From Candidatus Thalassarchaeaceae archaeon (lineage in GTDB: Archaea; Thermoplasmatota; Poseidoniia; Poseidoniales; Thalassarchaeaceae), in assembly GCA_023700255.1 (NCBI GenBank), contig JAJPRD010000003.1:41779-105778 (forward strand): DNA of 64,000 bases. The letters are read 5' to 3'. Both the position numbers and the translations under genes were made by a program. Under the pieces are notes generated by a model. That model made no database searches. It was not told the DNA's origin and was given only the letters and a program-made list of their open reading frames with translations. This document shows, piece after piece, positions 8,537-18,900 of this stretch (position 1 is the stretch's first letter; every line of letters begins with the position of its first letter).

Positions 8537-9805
8537 ATGGTCGGCATCGATGTCTTGGTTGTTGGAGGCGGAGGGAGAGAACATGCTCTTGCCCTGGGTC
8601 TTTCCAAAAGTAACTCAGTAAATCAGATTCATATATCACCTGGTAATGCTGGTACTGCATTTTTAGGTACTAATCATGATGTCCCTTCAAGCGATATTAA
8701 TGGCACAATAAATCTCGCTAAAAAGTTAGATGTTGACTTAGTAGTTGTAGGCCCTGAAGCCCCTCTTGTTGCTGGTTTATCCGATAAGCTAAATCTTCAA
8801 GGTATTGCTTGTTTTGGTCCTGATTCTATTGGTGCTAAATTAGAAGGGTCTAAAATTTATGCTAAAGAACTAATGCAATCCCTAAATATACCTACTGCTG
8901 GATTGGTAATTGTCGAAAACATTGATCGAATTAATGAAGCATTAGATACATTTTCTCCTCCTTGGGTTGTTAAGAGGGATGTTTTAGCCGGAGGTAAAGG
9001 AGTAATAGTTACCGAGATTCGTTCGGAAGCATTTGAAGCCCTGAGAGAAGGTATCGAATTGGATAATTTAGTTCTTCTTGAAGAGTTTCTATCTGGAGAG
9101 GAAGCATCAGTGTTAGTGGTTATGGATGAATCAGGATATATCTGTCTGCCAGCCAGCCAAGATCATAAGCGCTTATCTGACGGTGACTGTGGTCCAAATA
9201 CTGGAGGAATGGGTGCTTATGCCCCCGCTCCAGTATACACTCCAGCAGTACAACTACGAGCAATATCTGAGATAATTGATCCAATGCATCATTATCTCAG
9301 GAATCAAGATATCCCTTATCGCGGATGCCTATATGTTGGATTAATGATTGATGAAAATGGTGCACCTTATGTTGTCGAATACAATGTCCGTTTTGGTGAT
9401 CCCGAGACACAAGTCACATTACCTTTGATCTCAAGTGACCTTGGTGAATTACTACTATCTTGTGCTGAAGGAAGAATTTCTAAATACGATTTCACCACAC
9501 ATCCTTACTCTTCTGCTACGATTGTTCTTGCATCAGAAGGTTATCCGGGGGTGTCAATAACTGGGAGAGAAATTATTGGTGCTGATAATAATATTGAAGA
9601 AGGAGAGATTCATGCATTTGTTCACCATGCAGCCACCTCGATTTCATCTTCTGGGAAACTAGTTTCAAATGGAGGTAGGGTGCTCTCAGTGACCGGAATA
9701 GCCCCTGAATTAAGGACTGCTGTAGAAGCCGCATATGAAGTGATGGGTAGCATAAAATTATCAGGTTCCCAGTATCGTTTAGATATTGCTCATAGAGGAC
9801 TTTGA
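8537..9805 (+). CDS. purD: Phosphoribosylamine--glycine ligase (GAR synthetase)
   Basis: Motifs 'VLVVGGGGREHALALGL', 'VVGPEAPLVAG', the ATP-grasp 'VVKRDVLAGGKGV', 'EYNVRFGDPETQV' and 'GGRVLSVTG'. Confidence 0.92.
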   Translation: MVGIDVLVVGGGGREHALALGLSKSNSVNQIHISPGNAGTAFLGTNHDVPSSDINGTINLAKKLDVDLVVVGPEAPLVAGLSDKLNLQGIACFGPDSIGAKLEGSKIYAKELMQSLNIPTAGLVIVENIDRINEALDTFSPPWVVKRDVLAGGKGVIVTEIRSEAFEALREGIELDNLVLLEEFLSGEEASVLVVMDESGYICLPASQDHKRLSDGDCGPNTGGMGAYAPAPVYTPAVQLRAISEIIDPMHHYLRNQDIPYRGCLYVGLMIDENGAPYVVEYNVRFGDPETQVTLPLISSDLGELLLSCAEGRISKYDFTTHPYSSATIVLASEGYPGVSITGREIIGADNNIEEGEIHAFVHHAATSISSSGKLVSNGGRVLSVTGIAPELRTAVEAAYEVMGSIKLSGSQYRLDIAHRGL

Positions 9806-9888
9806 GGCAGATATTTTAGGTTAATTTGATACACTCTCAAAATAGTCGACCCACTAACGGTTATAACATCTCCAATTTTCGCGCCAAC

Positions 9889-9906
9889 TCGGGCCTGTAG
9901 GCTCGA
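9889..9906 (+). promoter_or_regulatory. Imperfect GC-rich palindrome TCGGGCCT-GT-AGGCTCGA in the aglB leader
   Basis: Read directly: the 8-nt arms have one G.T mismatch and lie 18-35 nt upstream of the ATG at 9924. Function is unknown. Confidence 0.3.
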
Positions 9907-9912
9907 CAATAT

Positions 9913-9918
9913 GGTGAT
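9913..9918 (+). promoter_or_regulatory. Shine-Dalgarno-like GGTGAT, 5 nt upstream of the ATG at 9924
   Basis: Complementary to the archaeal anti-SD core. Confidence 0.4.
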
Positions 9919-9923
9919 GAATA

Positions 9924-12900
9924 ATGAACGATGATAATGATGCGACTGTTGGTGTATTTTCTAATGAAGATTTACTACCAGTTCCTGCGGTGCTAGCAAC
10001 TTTGATGGTGCTTTTCTTAGGGACTAACTATGTCGCGAATGCTGGAATAGAGAACGACGGATATGTAGACCTCTTGATTCTGCCAGTTATCGCAGCTTTT
10101 GCTGCGTTTATTGGTAGGATTTTGAACACATATGGTGAGTCGTTATCTACTTCGAATTTCCGTAATTCATTGATTTCAATTTTCTTCATAGTTTTTTCAG
10201 TTTTAGCAATTGAATTCGGATTATGTTCTCCTCTTCAAGGTATTACTTTCGCATTTATGATGATATCATCTCTACTTTTATCATCACATCAGAGAAATGA
10301 AGAGTCATCAATCTTACTTTCAGTCGTGATCGGATTCCATTTTGCAATTTCCTTTGCAACTAGGTACATTTTAGACGAAACATCTTGGAGCGGTAATCCC
10401 GATGAATTAATTGATGCTGTAAGAAGTTCTACTGGTTCAATTTTCTTTGCATCATGGGCTGCTTCAATCGCTTTGGGAATTCTTGTAACATTGGCAATGA
10501 GGGGCAGGTTAGCTACTCCTGGAACTGGATCTTGGTTCAGAGATATTCCTTCAATTATGCCTAAAGCAGGATTAATTACTGCTGGTTTGGTATTTATTGT
10601 TAATTTAATCCCATTGCTCTGGCTTGGTACTCTCGATAATATCGAATCTTACAATAATCATCATTATCTTGGTTCTGTTTGGGCTATGTTTGCAACAATT
10701 GTAGTTCTATTTGTGTCTTTTTGTAATTCTGAGAGATGGCACGTACTAGGGATCGTTGCAGCATTAAACTGGATCATTTATACCTTAGCTCATTTACAAG
10801 AAATTGGTAACGATTTACCTCTAGCTGTGCTTAATGGAAATGATTCAGTAGGCATATTCACATGGTTTTTATTGGTATTCTGGCTAAATGTTGGCGCTAT
10901 GATGGTTGCTGGTCGCGGATATCTTGGCGATATATCTCCTCGCAGAGATCATTCTGATTTCCGTAAATGGTGGAATCAACATTCATATGGTATAATGGTC
11001 GGTTTTGCACTTTTCATCGCTTTAGCAGTTAGAACTGGATGGAATGTACTTCCAGCTATGAATGCCGCTGGTACAGGTCTTTGGGATATGTCTGGTGGTT
11101 CTGACCCTTGGTACATGAAGAGAGTTGTCGATTATGTCGTAGCGGAAAGAAGTCATCTGATCATCGACTCGGATAGGGCTTATCCTATGATTGCAATAAA
11201 TCCACGTCCTCCTCTATTCTCCTGGTCACTTGCACTTGGAGGAATCCTTCTTTCATGGTTATCAGGTATGGCTATGGAAGAATCTGTTTGGTGGAGCGTT
11301 GCATCTTTACCTGCAATTTTTGGTGCATTAATTGTTCTTCCAATTGCTGGCCTTGCTAGAAAGCTACACAGTAATATGGCTGGTATAGTTGCTGCTTGGC
11401 TAATTGCTCTCATGCCAGGTCATATTAGTCATTCCACATTTGGTCTTGCAGATCACGATGCTTTTGCTATGTTATTCTTAGCTATTGCATTCTATTACTG
11501 GGTTAAGGCAATGGATGAAATAACTAATCAGAGACTATTCACTACTCCAAGTCTAAATCCACTTTATATTATTGCTGGAATAAGAGAAATGTGGCTACGA
11601 AATAGCAAAGTTATGACTAATGCTACTTTATCTGGTGTTTCATTCGCGATTGTAGCCCTTGGCTGGAAAGGTTTCGTTTATGGTCCTGGAATATTATTTA
11701 TTGCATTTGCATTCCAAATATTCTTTAACATGTTCAGACGCAGAGATAGTTTGCCTATTACTGCTGCATCTCTACAGATGATGCTGACTGCATTTGTAAT
11801 ACCACTACCATTTTATTGCTGGCCAGGACTCAATCTATTGTTCGATGCTAGTGGTTTTCAACCAATGTTTTACATAATTGGTTTCACGTTTGCATTAGGA
11901 TGGATTGCATCATCATATCGTGATAGACCTTGGCTATTAGTACTAGTAAGTACTATCGTATTAATAGGGACTATTCTCGTTACACTTAGATTACTACAAG
12001 AGGCTGAGATTTACGATGGTTGGGACATCCTATTCACAGGTGGATTCTATTTCTCTAAGAATAAGATATTCGGAACTATCGGTGAAGCACAGGCACCAAG
12101 TAGAGGAGTTCTTTTCGCATCATATGGTCCAATAGTTTCATTGATAGCAATAATTGTTGCTGTAATGTTGTTATGGCGTGGTGCCCGTAAAGAGAAACAA
12201 AGCCATATTCTTCTTGGATTATGGGTTCTTATCGCGATATACATGGCTTGGTCTGCAGGTCGTTTCATATTCAATGCAACACCGGCAATTTCAGTAGTAG
12301 GCGGAATAGGTATTGCTATGATGTGGAATTATGCTAATTTCTCAGGATTTACTAAAGAGTGGAGGAAATCTGGAATTGGTACTCCAAGGTCTCGCTTCTG
12401 GGCTAACTGGAGCGCTTCAAAGAGACATCCGGGGATTCCTGCAGTCATTCTTGTTCTAATGTTAGTTTGTTCACAGCATATGACCTATGGTATTGACTCA
12501 GGTATTCCTAGAGGTGAACAATCGGCATCTGATGTCGATCAAACTATTCATGATATCACTCCTGATGTATTTAGGCAAGAAATACTTGGTTTATCTCTCC
12601 TCAATAGTGAGAATTATGACGCAAATGGTGATTTATGGTATATGGGTACCTTCGGTCCCGGTTTCAATTCAGGTTCATGGAATATGGCTTATGAGTGGCT
12701 TTCTGAACAAGATACTGATGTTAGTTTCTCTGAACGTCCTGCCTTTGTTTCATGGTGGGATTATGGTTTCCAAGCACTAGCTCAAGGTGAGCACCCAACA
12801 GTTTCTGACAATTTCCAATCTGGCATTCCAAATAGTGGTGCAATGTTGTTATCATCAAGTCAAGAAGATACACTTTCCTTATTCATCACTACACTAGCTC

Positions 12901-15900
12901 AGGGAGATAGAAGATCAACTGATTCATCTAGTTTTACAGATGAATTTAGCGAATTAATGCTAGAAAGTCATATGACTGAAGAGCAATTTGATGAATTTGA
13001 CACCATTATGCGTCTTGGATTTGGGGATTCTAATCTCGTATTAGATCGTTCTATGTCTGTAGTTGCAGTTGATGGTAATTATGAGTTATTAACTGGATAC
13101 AAACTTGGCGATAATGGTATTTCGAATGATACTCGAGAATGGCTAGTTCTGAATGATGGCGATGAATTAAGTAGCCATGGCGATGAAGAATCAGCAATTT
13201 TAGCATTTAATGATGTGCGGAATTCTGTTTCTGAATTAGACAGATATGATGAGGATATAGATGATTTCGCGAATAAAGGTGAATTAGTTGTTCAATATTA
13301 TGATATAGCTGGATATAGATATACTCCTGACTTAATCGAAGATTTTGATGATATATCTACTGGTTTGCACCGTGTTAATGCAAAACTTGCACTAAGTCGT
13401 GCACTACTCTTACAAATATTTGATTCCAATGGTATGAATTCGTTATATAATGATATTTCTACAACTCTATTTTATGATGTTCAAGATTATGAAGGAGCAT
13501 TGGGAGAAATGATATCAAGGAATAATGAGATTAGATACTTTGCAGTAGATAATCGACTTTATCCACTTGGCGGGAATTACTATGAAGATTATAGTTACCA
13601 TCAGGGACAAACTACAGGTATTTTCCATGCACCTACTTCATTATCTGGATTAGATACTGAGACGTATATTTCTTCAGTTTATGAAACACAGAGGGGTGAT
13701 GGACCCATAATTCCACGTACTTCTGCAGAGTATGAAGCAGAGTACCTTAACGATGTAATCCGTCAACAATCAGGTGCTTTAACTGATGTTAATGAGATGA
13801 TTAGAATGGTGGATATTAATTATCAGCATCAACCAGAATTCTTTGACACTATGGTCGCACGAATTTATGTTGGATACGGAACATCTACACTGGGTCTTCC
13901 TGGTGATGCCGAACAACCTGCGCCGCATTTCTATACATCAGGTGCTCCAGGTTCATATTTAGAGAATGCATATCCTCTTCCTGGTGCAATGATGAATCAT
14001 ATGGTTTTATCTAACTGGTATAATCCAGACTGTGAGACTGATGATAACGGTACTCAATTAGATCTAGATTGTTCTAATCTAGGTATTGGAAGCGCTAATA
14101 CTCAAGTTAAGATAATGAAATACTACAGTGGAGCTACTATCGAAGGAACTGTTGAGTTAGATGGTTTAGGACCTGTCCCTAATGCAAGAATCTTAATTGA
14201 ACGTGATGCCTTTAGTGGAGATGAAGTCGAACTAGATGGTCATGTCACAGATAGGGACACGAGAACCTATTGGATTCCTATTGGTACCACTGATGCTGAT
14301 GAAAATGGGGATTATAGTTTCGTTGCTCCAGCGGGTAAAATTCGAGTCACAGCATTCTATGGTGAATCTGACTTAGATTCAGCGCGTGCTCAAATCATGA
14401 CCTCCAATGTTGGTCAATCACTTGGAGACCTTTTCGAAAGTGAGACACCAGGTGTTAGAAGCCTAAATCCAATTACAGGAATTCTAGGTAATGTATCAGG
14501 TTCTACTTGGTTATCTGAAACTATTGTTAATATTTCAGGAACCGATGGTCATAGTAATGGAGAATCTGTTATCTTTGCTCCAATTATTGTTGAACCAGCA
14601 TCATCTACTGGTAGATTAGTTTGGTCAGGGTCAGAAATATTCTCAGGTGATTCTTTAGATAGTGCTACTGTTGAGTTATCACCAGCATGGGATTTAATTA
14701 ATGCCGATCCATATCTTTTGTCAACATCAGACGGGTCAATCGAAGGAGATAATCTTAGATTCACTGGTACTGGAGAAGTAACATTTACTGGTGAAGGTAG
14801 TGTTACTACTTCATCAATAGCAACAATTTCTGATTTCACGGGTAATTATACACAAACAGTATTCAACAACCATAGCTTAAATGGCGATGGAGAGTTTGCT
14901 GGCAGAGGTGTTATTGATGGTATAATCACAGATGATATTCAAGAATTAATGAATTGTGATGTTAATGAAACAATGCCTGAGAATTCTAGTTTATGTATCC
15001 AATCAGATGGCAAATATCTCTTAGATGGTATAGTTAATGCAACTGGTCGATTTACTGCTAACGGCGTTGCATCCTTCACTCAAAAACTAGTACAAGCAAC
15101 TCTAATTGGTTCTGGTGTATTTTCTACAAATACATCTGACTCTACATTGAATAGTTACGGTACTATAAATGGTACTGGGACATTTACTGGTATGGGTATG
15201 TTTAGTGGTTCAATAGTTCAACCAGGTACATTCCACGTAGTGGATGCGATACCAGGAACTTACGATGTAGTCGTAATTTTCAGTGATGGAACACGTGTTG
15301 AAATCAATGATGGTTATGTTATATCTCAACAACCAATCAATTCAATTACTGAAATAGATATTAATGGTGGTTTAATTGAAGGTGATTTAATCGATCAATC
15401 AGGCAATCCATTGATGGCATCAATTATTCTAAGAACTAATGATTCAGTTAGCTCTGATGCAGTTGATGATTGTAGTGTAGTGATATATGCTCCTTGTCTG
15501 ATATCATCTGAGCTATCATGGGATGAGGGTGAATTAATCGGTTCTAAATTAAATTACGGACCAATTATGCCGGGTCATTATATCATAGAAATTGATATGG
15601 ATGGAGACGGTTTCTCCGAAGTATACAGAGAACATATCTTTGATGCTAATGAAGAATCTTCTTTCATATTCCCATCCCCTGTTCCTTTAACAACTGATTT
15701 GACCTTCTCATTAGTAAGAGATGAAAATGGAAGCGACACATTAGTGAATGATTTAAATTTGACACTAAACTTAAAGAATGGTTCAGGCTCAACAGTTAAT
15801 GCTGAATTCAATTCAATGACTAATGATTACTATGCTGAACTAGTACCTGGTGTTTGGATATTAAATTACACACTTTCTGATACAGAGCAATTATGGGAAG

Positions 15901-18900
15901 AAATTGAAGTAGGATTCGATGATTTCTCAACTGTTTACGAATTCCGTACCAGTCAAGTTGTAACTGGTACATTATATTACAATGAAAATTCTACAGATCT
16001 TTCAATTGATGAAAACAAAATCTTGGACTTTGTGCCTATTGTTTTCTATTGGGATGGTTTCAGTACAACAGTCGAAACATCATCTGAAGGTAAATTTTCT
16101 TTAGTTCTACCTGAAGGATCTACAGTAGATGCAATTGCTCAACTTGGCGTTGATTTAAAATTAGTTAATGGTACTCAATTTACTGTAGTTGCAGATATGG
16201 ATGAGATCACTATGGTTGCTCGACCGGGTCAATCAATTACAGGTGCTATCAGTATTAATAGAGCAGATAATTTATACAATGGAGATATTGGTGGTTGGGA
16301 ATCAGTAACTGTAATTGCTGAGAATCTTGATTATGATGTGCAATGGCGTGCTCAGGCTAATGATGGCGGTTTCTTTGAAATGGTTATTCCAAAGGGTAAC
16401 TGGCAATTTTCGGTTGATTCTGATGAATTTATATCAGGTACTAATGTAACTAATGTTGATAACTTTAACAATACGGTTGAAGTTATTATTTATCCCGATG
16501 ACTCATTATTGTCAGTGGATTTCTTCTTAGATAACTCTGGCGATAACAATCTCTCTAATGGTACTCCAGTAAGTTATGATTTCAGCTTAATATCATTAAT
16601 TAATGGTTTAGATTATCATATAAATATTGATGATTCTGAATGGAATGGAACTGGGCATGCAGATGTATTATTAGAACCTGGTATTTATCGAATATCAGTC
16701 GATATATCTGATGCTAATTCAGGTGAACTATTTGGTACAAGGATTCTTACTGGAGATGTCGATTTCCAAGTAGGAATGGAATCTTCAACGATTTCTCGTG
16801 CAATAGGTTTTGATCCTGAATGGCGAGTAAGTATGTCTTTCACAAACGAAAGTGGTGGAGTCTTATCCGAACAACTAGTTAGACTAAATAATGTAGAAAA
16901 TGGATGGGTGCTTTCACGAACAACGAATGTTAATGGTAGTATAGTTGGTTTTATATCTCAGGGTGATTGGATAGTAACTACTGAAACAATGTCTAATGGT
17001 ATCCGTGAAGGACTAAGGGAATTAATTTCCGTATCTTCTGATAATTCTGCAACAAATTTATCTATGTCTACTAGTGAACTTGCAGACGTATCATTCACAT
17101 TGTCCGAAGACGGAAGCAATGATTCCTTAACCGGAATAAGTTTGTTACTAGAGTCCGCAGAGGGTTTGGGATCATTCAGTATTGAAGCTACAAACTCTAG
17201 TGGATTAACTGAAATTAATTTAGTAACAGGGGAATGGATAGTTTCTCTTAATTATACTGACGATGGTAAGAGATGGCTAGTCGATGATTATACGATTTCA
17301 GTAGATATAAGTGATAATAATCATTACAACTTGACTGCTAATCTATATGTTGCACTGACAGGTACTGTATATTGGGATCTAAATGATAACAACGCATCTA
17401 ATGTTGGTGAAGGTGTTTCAGATGTAACTATGCTATTCACAAATGATATTTTGTCAAATAACACTATTGAATCTGGAGATAATGGTGACTGGGAGCTATT
17501 TGTTCCTGCAAATACAGTATGGCAGATTAATACCTCTTATGATGGATTTGAGAGCATACAACAAAGTGTATCTGTTTCGGATATGTCTAATGAAGTTCTT
17601 CTTGAATTAACTGCTGGTCTAGTAGACGTTTCAGGTAATCTATCTTACGACCTCGGAATAGAAAGCATCTCAGTAGATGATTTAGTCCTTACAATAATAC
17701 CTACTGAAGGTCTTGTTCGCGATTCGGTGACTCCACAGTTATTGTATGGTGATGATGGTTGGTTAGGTGAATGGTCTGCTCAATTAGAGCCAGGTCTTTG
17801 GATAGTCAGTGCTAGTGTCCCTACTGAAGATTTAGTTATCATGGGTCTATTAAATGTAGATGTGGTTGATGGTGGGAATCTAGATATGGAATTGACAAAA
17901 GGTGGTCTCCTTGATGTAAATACTGAATGGTTAGACTACGATGGAGTCTCTCATAATCTTGGAGAGATTGTCGATGCAAATATAGTCATTGATATCGGAT
18001 TTGGAATGAAGTGGGTCCAGGATGTTGAAACAGATGGTTCTTTGAATTTACTTTTACCTAATGGTAATGTTGAATTTTCAAGTGATTTTGAAATTGAACA
18101 AAGAGGAATTATTATGGAATACATAGCGGGTAGAGGAGTAGATGTTTATTCTGGTCAAGAATCTCCAGTATTATCTCTACTGTACAATAGGGTATCAAAT
18201 CATGAAATTACAATTAATACTTTGAATCTTACCTCTGGTCATGATAGTTATGTTGGTTCTATGAGTGATGTGAATCTTGTAGTTAATGCAACTGATGGTT
18301 TTGAACCTGTTGAATTTACTCTTGAAGTCAACTATCTTGGTCATGAATCATATGATCTTTACACTGTAGGGGGTCTTGTTTCTGGTACAGATAGCGCTGA
18401 ATGGAGCTTACAATTCGATAATGGTTCAGGGGAATGGAATACTTCCACTCAGTTCGAGGTAGGTCTCGATAATAGTCAAATGTTTAATGATTTGAATATT
18501 CGAGTCGTTGCTCCTAACCAATCTGTTGCTCATGCATTTGAAGATGGTCATAAAATTACAATTAGTATTTCTACGCAAGATGGTTATCTAGAAACTCATG
18601 AATTAATAGTTAGGATACCTCAATTACATGGATTTGAATTATCCACTCCTATGGATGATATATATGGTGTATATCCTGGTGAGTTATTGATCATACCAAT
18701 TGAAATTACTAATTCAGGAAATGGTGATGAGAAGTATGAATTTGAATTTGATGATTCAGAATTACCAGATGGTTGGAGTAGGACTGGTCCTACATCTCAT
18801 ACATTAGGTGGATTTGTTAGTACTATTCACAGCGTAACAGTTGTTGCTCCTGAAGATGTATCATCTAGTGATCAATTCTCGATATATGTTTCAGTTACTG

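Noticed and set aside
8433-8660. A 75-aa minus-strand ORF spanning the carS-purD spacer.
   Set aside because: It overlaps the well-supported ends of both carS and purD and has no motif. It is most likely spurious.
9911-9960. A box-C-like GTGATGA, plus further ATGATG strings around the aglB start, as a possible C/D-box sRNA.
   Set aside because: No CTGA box D lies within the expected 50-70 nt. The strings are explained by the SD (GGTGAT) and the Asp/Asn-rich first codons (MNDDNDA).
12487-12780. Plus-strand out-of-frame ORFs inside aglB (12487-12780) and inside other large genes, such as 35586-35780 and 37823-38089.
   Set aside because: They overlap frames that carry strong family motifs (WWDYG, Nudix, DnaJ). 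Their composition is typical of off-frame AT-rich sequence.
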